Of a stretch of 64,000 nucleotides of DNA, positions 36,262-44,740 are shown in pieces (position 1 is the stretch's first letter; each line of letters starts with the position of its first letter). The notes beneath the pieces were generated by a model. It was not told the origin of the DNA. It saw nothing but the letters and a program-made list of their open reading frames with translations, and did no database searches. The stretch is from a virus (lineage: Duplodnaviria; Caudoviricetes), in IMG/VR virus record IMGVR_UViG_3300036987_000008, positions 2,551-66,550 of that record; one strand, 5' to 3'. Made by a program: the position numbers and the translations under genes.

Positions 36262-36732
36262 CTACTTGGTTTTGAGGCTCTGCAGGTACTTAGCGTTCAC
36301 TCGGCAGCTCTCGACTATTTTGTCGCACTGCCCGAGTAGCTCTCCAACGCTGCTGCTGTATCGCGTAAGAGGATCTGGTGAGATAGAGTAAAGTGACCCG
36401 CCTCCGGCAGCTGGCTGTACGCCGACGCCGGTATCTGCAGGTTTTGTACATGGGGTCTTTGGCACGCGCAGCCAGAGAGCATGGTTGTTAGCAAGCAAGC
36501 CATCAATACGGTTAAGGTTCGCATCTTTTATCGTCTCCAGTTCCAGTATCTTCAGCGCATCGGCTGCCGCCTTCTTCTGAAAGTCTTCCTGCATCTTTTG
36601 CTTTTCTGAGTCCCACTGACTTTGTACATGGGACGAGCCAGTGTTGTATCCAAAAGCAGCCGCTATAAGCAACAGGGCAGTAGACACAAGCAACTTCCAG
36701 TTCTCGAGTAGCCATACGAACGCTCCCATCAT
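36262..36732 (-). CDS. Rz: i-spanin (Rz-like)
   Basis: Single N-terminal TM followed by a coiled coil; last gene of the lysis cassette. Confidence 0.7.
   Translation of the reverse strand: MMGAFVWLLENWKLLVSTALLLIAAAFGYNTGSSHVQSQWDSEKQKMQEDFQKKAAADALKILELETIKDANLNRIDGLLANNHALWLRVPKTPCTKPADTGVGVQPAAGGGSLYSISPDPLTRYSSSVGELLGQCDKIVESCRVNAKYLQSLKTK
36315..36524 (-). CDS. Rz1: o-spanin (Rz1-like lipoprotein) embedded out of frame in Rz
   Basis: MRTLTVLMACLLTTMLSGC with lipobox LSGC; fully nested. Confidence 0.7.
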   Translation of the reverse strand: MRTLTVLMACLLTTMLSGCACQRPHVQNLQIPASAYSQLPEAGHFTLSHQILLRDTAAALESYSGSATK

Positions 36733-37070
36733 TCACCCCTTAGGGCGTGGACCACAGCTCGGAAGATGAAGTCCTTCGCCTGTTGTTCGCGGGGCAGGTC
36801 AGAGAACGCTACGATGCACGGATGCTCTTTCTTCTCTGGGTCTTTAGCTGGGCCGTACTTCCAGCCCTCGTCCAGCTTCTGCCGCATCCAGCTGACGTGC
36901 GAAGCCTCAGGGCCAAAGTCGCCCATCGTGTGCAAGTCAACACCCATTCGAGCTGAGGATCGCTGCCACTCCGGCGCATCTTCCCATGACGGTTGGCTAT
37001 TGTCACCCAGTGCTGCGCAGTATGCGCGATTGACTTCGTGGGCTACGCGTGCGATCTGGTCCATGTCCAT
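36729..37070 (-). CDS. RyR-domain protein
   Basis: IARVAHE...SHVSW...K..EGWKYG..KD..KKEHPCIVAFSDLP..QQAKD. Confidence 0.85.
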   Translation of the reverse strand: MDMDQIARVAHEVNRAYCAALGDNSQPSWEDAPEWQRSSARMGVDLHTMGDFGPEASHVSWMRQKLDEGWKYGPAKDPEKKEHPCIVAFSDLPREQQAKDFIFRAVVHALRGE

Positions 37071-37071
37071 T

Positions 37072-37275
37072 TTATTTGTCCTTCAGCGGCTGTGTGGTGA
37101 CGACGCGAAGAATGGCATTGCCAACTGTGAGAATCGCCATGCCGTAAGCGTATACGTTGCCGGGGACGTAGCCCTGCAGAAAACCGAACACCGCTTCACC
37201 GACACCCATGACGGCCATGACGATGTTGAATATCATCGTCTTGCTCTTTGCGATACGAGTGATCCAGACTTTCAT
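37072..37275 (-). CDS. Putative holin
   Basis: 67 aa, two TM segments; KSKT..FN...NAILR..TTQPL. Confidence 0.65.
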   Translation of the reverse strand: MKVWITRIAKSKTMIFNIVMAVMGVGEAVFGFLQGYVPGNVYAYGMAILTVGNAILRVVTTQPLKDK

Positions 37276-37284
37276 ACTGCCTCC

Positions 37285-37716
37285 TTATGGATAGAAGAAG
37301 AGCTTACCAGACGGTGGTGCTCGGTCTGTAATGTGGAGCCAGTGGCTGATAGCCCCCTTCGTCACAGACGGATGCTCGAAGTGTAACCCAAGTTCTTTGG
37401 CTTTGGCTTGTGCTTCCTTGTCCTCTAGGATGAACTTGCCTATCGCGCCGAACAGTCCGTCGTACAGATCGATCCCACGGCCTTCTTTGTGGGAACTCTT
37501 CGGGCTACCGCTAGGGCAGTCAGGCTTACGCCATCCGCCTACGTTGGTGCTTATCTGAGTCTTGGTGGCAGGCGACACTAGGAACAACTGCTGGCGGGTG
37601 ATGAGGTACGCGATGTATGTGTTGACCTTGCTGATGAATCGCTGCGCATTCGCCTGTACTACTGGGGTCAGCGCGGGGTGGGACTTCACACCGTAATAAT
37701 CACGGATACTTATCAT
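37285..37716 (-). CDS. Endolysin, peptidase M15 family
   Basis: GGWR...SSHKEGRGID...HWLH Zn ligands. Confidence 0.8.
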   Translation of the reverse strand: MISIRDYYGVKSHPALTPVVQANAQRFISKVNTYIAYLITRQQLFLVSPATKTQISTNVGGWRKPDCPSGSPKSSHKEGRGIDLYDGLFGAIGKFILEDKEAQAKAKELGLHFEHPSVTKGAISHWLHITDRAPPSGKLFFYP

Positions 37717-38264
37717 AGTTTGCCCCTACGCGCCCACGCCGCCTTCGCCGACGCAGACTTCCTCGCTCTGACCTCAAGGGAGTCTTTTTGTCCTGTACGG
37801 GCCGCTACATACTTCGCTATGTGTTCTAGAGAGTTCTTCCGCCCCAGTCTGTGGCCAACACACCCTGCTTGCGCCAGTGACACCGCAAGTTTGTGGGCGT
37901 CCGATAGCTTTCGCCCTCTGTTCGCATCTCCTATCTTCCGCTTATGACTCGCCGACAGCGGTCCCCGCTTCCACCCGCTCACACCATCTCCGCCGTCCGT
38001 CATATTTACGAGCGTACACCCCGCACTACGCAGCTGCTTTATCTGGTGAATCTCGTCAGCTATCGCCTGCTGCTCCGAGCCGCTCTCGAAGTAGAATACC
38101 CCGATATTGTGCTGCCCATATTTACGCACTACATTCTTGTGGAACTCGCTGCGGACAGAAAACAATCTAGCCCTACGCGGGGTCCCTTTACCGACGTAGA
38201 AAGGCGATCCATCTGGTCTGCAGTGTACGTACGTACCAAACACTTTTGTTTTACTGCTGATCAT
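37713..38264 (-). mobile_element. GIY-YIG homing endonuclease with NUMOD3-like repeats
   Basis: TYVH...FYVGKG...R; E...I...L.NMTDGGDG; SASHKRKIG. Confidence 0.85.
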
Positions 38265-38653
38265 TGCTTGTCTCTGATGCGATTGTTTTCTTCGGAGATG
38301 TGCTCGTGGACTAGGTTCATCATCTCCTTCATGTCCGCTCTAACCCCACGAAAACCATCTTGGATTGAGTTGTCCAGCTTGTCGAACTTACCATCCAACT
38401 CTTGCTTGCGGTAGTGCTCTCGGTCGACTTCGCGCTGCAGCTCCTCTAGCTTTGCCGCATCTTCCTTGTGCATGCGGTGTAGGATGTCGATGTCGTTCTT
38501 GCTTTGGAGCTTCAAGTCCAAGAGGGCGGCGTCGTGGTGCGATCTGTTGTCGGCGATCTCTTTGGCTTGCTGCTTGTCCTTATTGGACAGGAGCCAACCT
38601 ATCACGCCTATCACGAGGCCTGTCAGTGTCGGAAGTACCCAAGAAAAATCCAT
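38261..38653 (-). CDS. N-terminal TM coiled-coil protein (possible holin/antiholin)
   Basis: One TM helix then a coiled coil; first gene of the lysis cassette. Confidence 0.55.
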   Translation of the reverse strand: MDFSWVLPTLTGLVIGVIGWLLSNKDKQQAKEIADNRSHHDAALLDLKLQSKNDIDILHRMHKEDAAKLEELQREVDREHYRKQELDGKFDKLDNSIQDGFRGVRADMKEMMNLVHEHISEENNRIRDKQ

Positions 38654-38675
38654 CTGCCGCCCCTTAGTTTAAAAA

Positions 38676-39629
38676 TCACAATTTCATAACGTAAGCCAAC
38701 GCATAGTACGGAGGCCTATTCTCATGCGCATCGCCAGAACCCGCGTTCACGTTGGTGATTGTGATCCCAGTAGTGTTCGTTGACGTGTTAGCACCGGTCC
38801 AGAAGGCACCTTGCGATCCAGCCGACCCGCCAGACCCTTGAGTACTTGGTTGGATCGTGTGGAAGTGTCCGGGGTCTGTCAGTGTGTTGGCGTGGCTATG
38901 GACCGGCATCTCTGCGGTTGTCAGCGTGTGTGTTGCTTCACCGCCTGTAGCAGCCACAGCGTATGTCGAGCCTGCGCCGACGATGAACCGATCCCGCAAG
39001 TCAGGCGTGCCGCTAGTACCATCGCATAGGGCCCAACCAGCGGGGATAGCCGCAATAGCGCCCGACCACAGCGATATGAGACCTGCCGGGAAGAATGCAG
39101 AGAGCCGTGTGTTGTTCACAGCCTCGCCAGCGACAGACGACGTCGGTACCGCGGTAGTACCTGTGACCGACAGCGGGCCAGCGAGTGTGGCCCCCGGAGC
39201 AGTCAGCGCGTTGGTAGAGGCGCCCGCAGGATCAACAACGTCCGTACCAGTACATAACAAGAATAGGTATTTACCTGCTGGGATGGCGACCCCTGCCCCT
39301 GCTGCAGTCTTAAAGGTGATAGCGAGCCCACCGCTCGTGCCGTTGTAGACCCAGTACCCTTTGGACGCGTTCGGGCAGATGACGCTACACGCTCCACTCG
39401 GGGTACCCGTCAGAGCGATCGCCGCGTAGGTCGCCTCGTTGGTCAAGGCCCCGTCGACGTTCGTCAGGGTATATGTCGCCACACCAGCCAAGCTTACAGA
39501 TACACGACCGGCGATAGCATGTTCCAATATCGTACCGATGTTGTTGTTGTTGGTCGTACTCCAAGTACCGGCCTGGTCGCCCAGCGCAGGTAGCTCCGTT
39601 TTCAGAATCGGTGAGTATGCTGAGGTCAT
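38676..39629 (-). CDS. Tail fibre protein with collar-like domain
   Basis: GDQAGTW.TT.N.N N-terminus; PAG.ISLWSG....PAGWALCDGTSGTPDLRDRFIVGAG. Confidence 0.8.
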   Translation of the reverse strand: MTSAYSPILKTELPALGDQAGTWSTTNNNNIGTILEHAIAGRVSVSLAGVATYTLTNVDGALTNEATYAAIALTGTPSGACSVICPNASKGYWVYNGTSGGLAITFKTAAGAGVAIPAGKYLFLLCTGTDVVDPAGASTNALTAPGATLAGPLSVTGTTAVPTSSVAGEAVNNTRLSAFFPAGLISLWSGAIAAIPAGWALCDGTSGTPDLRDRFIVGAGSTYAVAATGGEATHTLTTAEMPVHSHANTLTDPGHFHTIQPSTQGSGGSAGSQGAFWTGANTSTNTTGITITNVNAGSGDAHENRPPYYALAYVMKL

Positions 39630-40228
39630 CGGTAATCTCCCATCTTGTTAACCGCGGTTACATCTTTCAGTTCTTTGAGGGCTAGGTCGTAAGCGGCCTT
39701 GTAGTAGGCCATGATGTCAGCTGAACCCTTCATATACACGTACGCATGCAGCAGTGAACCGTACAGCAAGACCTGCGGGAATTTTGTGTCCAGCCAAGTG
39801 TCACCGGCGGTCACGATCGACGTAGGCATAGCAAAGTAGTGGAAGTTGACGGCGTACGCCAGATCCGGCGTAGGCGCCACGATCAATGTCGTCTCGTCGT
39901 ATTGCGCATAGTATTTGGGCTGCGCCTGAGTCGCCGCCACTGGGTACATCTCGTTCAAGAACTCAGCAGCTTTAGGTAGCAAGTTCACTACACCGGCCGC
40001 GGTGGTGATCTCCACGGCTTTACCTACGATGTAGTCGGTCGGTAGCGTCAAGCTGCGCGAACCAATGGTCATAACCCCAGCCGTGTTCTTCCGGCTCGAG
40101 GGTAGGCTCGCCTCGTTGTGGATCATGCGCTCAGCGTCCTGGATGAACCGATCTATGTTCGCTAAGAACGTAGGCTCATTATTCTGGGTGTACTCCTGGA
40201 TACTGGCGCTGAGAGTGGCATAGCTCAT
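39626..40228 (-). CDS. Head-tail adaptor protein
   Basis: MSYATL...IQEY...FIQDAE.MI; PTPD..Y..NFHY; LLYGSL..AY. Confidence 0.7.
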   Translation of the reverse strand: MSYATLSASIQEYTQNNEPTFLANIDRFIQDAERMIHNEASLPSSRKNTAGVMTIGSRSLTLPTDYIVGKAVEITTAAGVVNLLPKAAEFLNEMYPVAATQAQPKYYAQYDETTLIVAPTPDLAYAVNFHYFAMPTSIVTAGDTWLDTKFPQVLLYGSLLHAYVYMKGSADIMAYYKAAYDLALKELKDVTAVNKMGDYR

Positions 40229-40584
40229 CTGAACTTACCTCTACCGTGGCCTTTGACCGCAACACCATTACCACGCGAGGACTTGATAACCCCGCCAGCC
40301 TTCTTCACTGGGGCGTCTTCATCGTCACCTGCCATGATACGATCTAGCAAGCTCTTGCGGGCTTTGATCTTACCGACGACGCTGTCGTCGGACTTAGTCA
40401 CTGTCTTGGTGGCCGCAGGGGCTGACGCTGGTGCATTGTAAGCATCGCGACGAGCTTGGTCATCACGGGCGATCTTCTTCCACTCAGGCTCATCTGATTC
40501 GACCTGACCACCCTCGAGATAGTGCTTCTTGCTGCGCGCTACCTTGGTCTTCTTCGTCGGTAAACCGTACTTGTTGCGAGACAT
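40225..40584 (-). CDS. Small basic virion-arm protein
   Basis: ATG 40584 with AAGGAG SD; YLEGG and KKAGG...RGNG.A.KG motifs. Confidence 0.65.
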   Translation of the reverse strand: MSRNKYGLPTKKTKVARSKKHYLEGGQVESDEPEWKKIARDDQARRDAYNAPASAPAATKTVTKSDDSVVGKIKARKSLLDRIMAGDDEDAPVKKAGGVIKSSRGNGVAVKGHGRGKFR

Positions 40585-40594
40585 GGTGCGCTCC

Positions 40595-40801
40595 TTATCC
40601 GTTACGACCGAACTTCTTGCCCTTAGTAGCACAGCCGGTTCCGCGCATGATACCACCACTTGCGAACTTGGTCTTGCCGCCAGACTTAGCGCCCTTCTTC
40701 TTTTGGATCATGTCCATGAACTCCTCGCGCTTGCTACCCTCTTTAGGGCCGCCCTTCTTCTCTTTGTCTTTGCTGCTCTTCTCAAATGGCTTGAATGGCA
40801 T
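40595..40801 (-). CDS. Small Lys-rich virion-arm protein
   Basis: KFASGGIMRGTGCATKG; SD AAGGAG. Confidence 0.65.
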   Translation of the reverse strand: MPFKPFEKSSKDKEKKGGPKEGSKREEFMDMIQKKKGAKSGGKTKFASGGIMRGTGCATKGKKFGRNG

Positions 40802-40812
40802 GGTGTTTCTCC

Positions 40813-41088
40813 TTAGTAAAGCAGGTCGCCCTGCGTGTTAGTCGGTGCTGGTGTCAGCGCTCTATCTGAATTATCCGCGGGTCTAGGATCTTGCAACGCC
40901 TGCGGGTCGATAACCTTAAATGTCCCGAGCTTATACTGAGGGTGGTCAGCCTCGAAGCACTCACGACACACGCGGATGTTCGTCTTCTTCATGCGGATCG
41001 TCAGGTACCTCAGCTCTTTCAACGGACGCGTGACACCACAACGGTCGCAGTCGCCAATCGCTTTGTTCTCTGAGGCGTACTTAGCCAC
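40813..41088 (-). CDS. Conserved Zn-binding phage protein
   Basis: CDRCG...VCRECFEADHPQ...DPQAL.DPRP. Confidence 0.75.
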   Translation of the reverse strand: MAKYASENKAIGDCDRCGVTRPLKELRYLTIRMKKTNIRVCRECFEADHPQYKLGTFKVIDPQALQDPRPADNSDRALTPAPTNTQGDLLY

Positions 41089-41090
41089 CG

Positions 41091-41759
41091 CTATCTCCTA
41101 GGCATGACCATAAACGAAGCCCTCTCGCGGTCCTCTTCAATCGCGAACGTGAACTGCTCGTCGTATATCGTCTTGCACTCCAACAGGCGCTCGGGCGCGC
41201 GCTTCTGCGCCAGGTAGTACGTCAGGCCTGATATGAGGGCTGGGATGAACCGAGCTGGAGCGTCGACAGTGATAGCACCGTCTGAGCCCATGTCTTGGAT
41301 CCTGCGCATGCGCCAGTAGACGAGCGTGTATGAAGAGTCAGGCGGCACCGGCCACAGAGATACCGTAGGAGCCGCCGCTTGGCGGCTCACGTAGAACTGA
41401 ACGGGGCGACCAGGAGAGTCCTTTGTGGGGATAGCCGCATACTCGCCGGTGGACAGACGCCCGATGGACAGGTCTGTGTTAACCCCTGCGTTCACGGTAC
41501 GAATGACGACGTCGAGCAAGTCGATGGTGTCCGCTGGGAGCGTGTAGGTCGCTGTAGCTGCGACGAGAGGTAGTGACACTTCCTCGATCGTCCACAGATT
41601 GACCTGACGATTACCCCACTCGAGGCCCAGTATGTTGAGGCTTCGCCGCGCTGTGCGCACGTCGTAACCCGACGCGCTCTCGATCCCGATGCGCTCGTAC
41701 GCCTCTTCAATGATCTCGGAGACGTCTGGGTTGAATACTGCTGTGCCGCTAGTTGCCAT
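41091..41759 (-). CDS. Head-tail connector/adaptor protein
   Basis: MATSGT..F...EIIEEAYER.G; ARRSLN.L..EW.N..VNLWT. Confidence 0.75.
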   Translation of the reverse strand: MATSGTAVFNPDVSEIIEEAYERIGIESASGYDVRTARRSLNILGLEWGNRQVNLWTIEEVSLPLVAATATYTLPADTIDLLDVVIRTVNAGVNTDLSIGRLSTGEYAAIPTKDSPGRPVQFYVSRQAAAPTVSLWPVPPDSSYTLVYWRMRRIQDMGSDGAITVDAPARFIPALISGLTYYLAQKRAPERLLECKTIYDEQFTFAIEEDRERASFMVMPRR

Positions 41760-41909
41760 ATTTACTCCCCCCAATAAACGCAGTCACACCCATCACTAGC
41801 GCACCCATAGCAAAGCCTACGAACCAACTAGCTAAGCCACATAGAGGGTCGTATAGCCAATAGGCTGTAGCCATTGTGAGTGTGCCACTGGTGAAGATTA
41901 GGATGGGTT

Positions 41910-42122
41910 TCATAGGGATACCTCATCAAGATACTTAGTCCACAGCGCAATCATGTTACGAGCGAGTGCGGCTTTATCTTCTTTCGAGGCTTGCTCCATC
42001 TCACCTTCTGGGTCGTACTCAGTGTCTGGAGTTACATACCACTCACGCTCAGGCATATCGTAGCCAGAGTAAACCCTTAGTTCTTCGTCAATGCCGATGA
42101 TGCCAGTTACTTTTCTTACCAT
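41910..42122 (-). CDS. Hypothetical protein
   Basis: 70 aa, overlapping the end of the 543-aa gene. Confidence 0.45.
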   Translation of the reverse strand: MVRKVTGIIGIDEELRVYSGYDMPEREWYVTPDTEYDPEGEMEQASKEDKAALARNMIALWTKYLDEVSL

Positions 42123-43747
42123 GACACACCTCCGAAGAGTCCTGCGAATCTGCGCAGCGTTAGCCAGTCTGCGTCTGAGACTGTGCCTTTAATCTTAATA
42201 TAACAATTACCTTTGCCCCCGTGGAGGGAAGATATTGAGGCAGCAGCACCTATCAAAGCAGATGCTACAGTCGTAGTACCTAGAGCCGCAGTGCTTCCAG
42301 TAGCAGGTGCTAGGTTATTCTTCACAGCATCTACGTTGTTGCCAACCTTCCTAGCCCCAAATACAAAAGTTTCATTTAGTGCGGGGGCTGTTGCGCTTAG
42401 TGTGGTTGTAACTGACGCATCATCTCGCCATGCTGCATTTATCGCACCTGTAGTTGGACTTGAGTATAGCCAAGGGCTTCTAGCTACAGCCGCACCAGCC
42501 GCACCAACGTAGGTCAGAACATTTAGAGCCGCAAAACTACTGATGCTCCCGCAGAATATCTCGCAGTAATCATCCGCATGAACCCAAGGCACAGCACTCA
42601 AGCTCATGTACTCGTCTATCCCGTTGAATGAGGCGTAGCTACTTCCAATTAGGTTGGATGCGGGGGCTGTTGTGGTGGCTACGTAGGTAGGGAATGTTTC
42701 TGCTGTATATGTGCCTACGAAAACGGCAGATTTTGCAAAGGTAACTAAACTTGTGTCTCCTGCATATCTTTTAATGGCTAATGAGGTATTAACTGCTGTG
42801 GACGGAATAACGGTTACATATAGAGTTGGTGTTGCGCTTAATGTTACTTTTATTAATCCGTGAAAACCATCAGTTGCGTTCCACCCAACCAGAGAGATAG
42901 TTCCAGCACCACTCAGCCAAACTCCCCATGTATGAGTATTAGCTGCAAGCGTTGTATTGTGCGCCACCTGTGCGGCATCAACAGGCAGAATTAAATCATT
43001 CCCTGACTTTGAAGCACCAGCTTGAGCGAGCCAAGAAGCATTACTAAAGTCCTCCGAGTAAGTCAGCAGATTCACCGCCCCCTTCCTCAACGTAGGCTGA
43101 TTAGCTGGAGTTGGCTGGGTGGCGTGGATGCCGATTACTTCGCGGACGGAGATGTCTCTGTACATCGTGTAATTGCCGATGGTATTTAGACCGGCAAAGT
43201 ACGTCAGGTATGTTGTTGTTGTGGTAGCTGTGAATACTCTATCTACGTTAGCCACTACACCGCTGAGAATCTGATTACCAGCCGCAGTCGTTCCTACGTT
43301 TATTGAGCCTGTAGTAACAGGGCTTCCCAATACATACGCCGCGCCAAGTTTATACGAAGCTCCGACTACAGTCGTTATCGCTTTGGATAAATACCCGTAT
43401 GACGCGCCACCGTTAGTTATGCGAATTCCACCACTATCTGAAGTAGCAACACCAGCGCCGCCAGTTGTCCATGATGCTAAGTTGTTTGCGTCAACCACCA
43501 ACTCCGCGCCCAACCCTTGAGCCGCATCATTCATCCTACCCAACAACCCATCGTAACTAGCCTCAGTCGTTCCTGCGCTGTCTAGGTAGTTACCCGCAGT
43601 CAGTCCGTTGAGTACTCCAACTCCTGGAATGTAGGCGTGTGCGTCCAAACCAAAACGGCGCATAACCTCTAAGCCCTGAGCGATAGTAGTCCGCATAGAG
43701 CCCGAGGGGTTCGCACCAACTGCCATAGCTACAGAGCTCAACCGCAT
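42116..43747 (-). CDS. Head/tail spike protein with probable carbohydrate-binding and LamG-like domains
   Basis: 543 aa, beta-rich; NLLTYSEDFSNASW motif; follows the spike base gene. Confidence 0.6.
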   Translation of the reverse strand: MRLSSVAMAVGANPSGSMRTTIAQGLEVMRRFGLDAHAYIPGVGVLNGLTAGNYLDSAGTTEASYDGLLGRMNDAAQGLGAELVVDANNLASWTTGGAGVATSDSGGIRITNGGASYGYLSKAITTVVGASYKLGAAYVLGSPVTTGSINVGTTAAGNQILSGVVANVDRVFTATTTTTYLTYFAGLNTIGNYTMYRDISVREVIGIHATQPTPANQPTLRKGAVNLLTYSEDFSNASWLAQAGASKSGNDLILPVDAAQVAHNTTLAANTHTWGVWLSGAGTISLVGWNATDGFHGLIKVTLSATPTLYVTVIPSTAVNTSLAIKRYAGDTSLVTFAKSAVFVGTYTAETFPTYVATTTAPASNLIGSSYASFNGIDEYMSLSAVPWVHADDYCEIFCGSISSFAALNVLTYVGAAGAAVARSPWLYSSPTTGAINAAWRDDASVTTTLSATAPALNETFVFGARKVGNNVDAVKNNLAPATGSTAALGTTTVASALIGAAASISSLHGGKGNCYIKIKGTVSDADWLTLRRFAGLFGGVSW

Positions 43748-43748
43748 A

Positions 43749-44024
43749 TCAGTACATCGCCAACATCAGAGTTGCGGTGGTGCCGGTGGCGGCAACCCGA
43801 AGTATCTGGATCGGCAAGATAGTACCCGCGGTGACGCCAGAGAACGTGACGGTCGTCGTAGGGGTAGCCGCCTCAGCCATAACGACTGTGACGTCCCCAG
43901 AACCGCCAACGTACAAGCCGCGGGTGATCTCGATAGTCGTGGTAGCTGTATCGGTCGGAGTAACCGCCACGGCTTTATAAGCCGCAACGGTCGCATCCGC
44001 GGTACGGTAGTGACCTTGTGCCAT
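43749..44024 (-). CDS. Spike base protein (RCAP_rcc01079-like)
   Basis: AVAVTPTD...TRGLYVGGSGDVTVVM...G.ILPIQ..RV.ATGTTAT. Confidence 0.7.
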   Translation of the reverse strand: MAQGHYRTADATVAAYKAVAVTPTDTATTTIEITRGLYVGGSGDVTVVMAEAATPTTTVTFSGVTAGTILPIQILRVAATGTTATLMLAMY

Positions 44025-44036
44025 AGGAACCTCCTA

Positions 44037-44546
44037 TTAAACTTGGGTGTACAGGAACGTCACGCTCAGAACACCCGCAGTTACTGCTGTAGCTGTAGGC
44101 GTTACCGTAACATACACTGATGTGTTTGTACCGACGTTAGCCATAGCGATCAGGTGAGCAGCTGTGAACGTAGGGCGCAAGCGAACTGTCGCCTTGACGT
44201 CGGTAGACGCGACGTACTCAACACCCGCAGCGGAGATACCCGAGGTCAGGTTGATCGCTGTACCGCCTGTAGTGACTACTGGTTGGTCGATGATGATATC
44301 AACGATGTTTGCGTTGGCTGGGATACCGAAAGAGGCTGTCGCTGCTGCGGCTGTAGCTGCCCAAGCAACTGCTGGGTAACCGTTGTATGTAGCCAGGGTG
44401 GTGCCGTCTTCGCCGATGCTAGATGTGATGCTAGCTGTCGGTACGAAATACACTTTCTGCATCAGAGTGGGGGTGCCTGCGTTCACGCCTGTACCAGATT
44501 TGATCGTGCCGACTTTGAGTGGACCGCTGAAAGTTGTCTTTGCCAT
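44037..44546 (-). CDS. Putative capsid decoration/minor head protein
   Basis: MAKTTFSGP N-terminus; IPANANIVDI; typical position after the MCP. Confidence 0.6.
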   Translation of the reverse strand: MAKTTFSGPLKVGTIKSGTGVNAGTPTLMQKVYFVPTASITSSIGEDGTTLATYNGYPAVAWAATAAAATASFGIPANANIVDIIIDQPVVTTGGTAINLTSGISAAGVEYVASTDVKATVRLRPTFTAAHLIAMANVGTNTSVYVTVTPTATAVTAGVLSVTFLYTQV

Positions 44547-44568
44547 GATAATGCTCCTGTAAGTTTAA

Positions 44569-44614
44569 GCAGAACCTAGTCTCTTACACGTCCGTCGAGC
44601 CGGTCTAGGTTCGC
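44569..44614 (-). ncRNA. Structured RNA, candidate Mu-gpT-DE motif
   Basis: Stem GAACCTAG/CTAGGTTC enclosing ACCGGCTCGACGGACGTGTAAGAGA, downstream of a gpT-type capsid gene. Confidence 0.5.
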
Positions 44615-44633
44615 ATGTGTCTCGAATGCGCCT

Positions 44634-44662
44634 GTTATACCCGCGTTTATATGTAGCGTCAA
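44634..44662 (-). promoter_or_regulatory. Putative sigma70 promoter
   Basis: TTGACG, 17 bp, TATAAC; the -35 starts right after the terminator U-tract. Confidence 0.5.
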
Positions 44663-44663
44663 C

Positions 44664-44690
44664 AAAAAAAGCCCCGAATCTAGTCGGGGC
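44664..44690 (-). terminator. Intrinsic terminator
   Basis: GCCCCGA-CTAGAT-TCGGGGC followed by T7. Confidence 0.8.
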
Positions 44691-44740
44691 GAGTTGGGGT
44701 TGGGGGACCCCGGGGAGGTTGAAGCAGGTGGTATACTACG

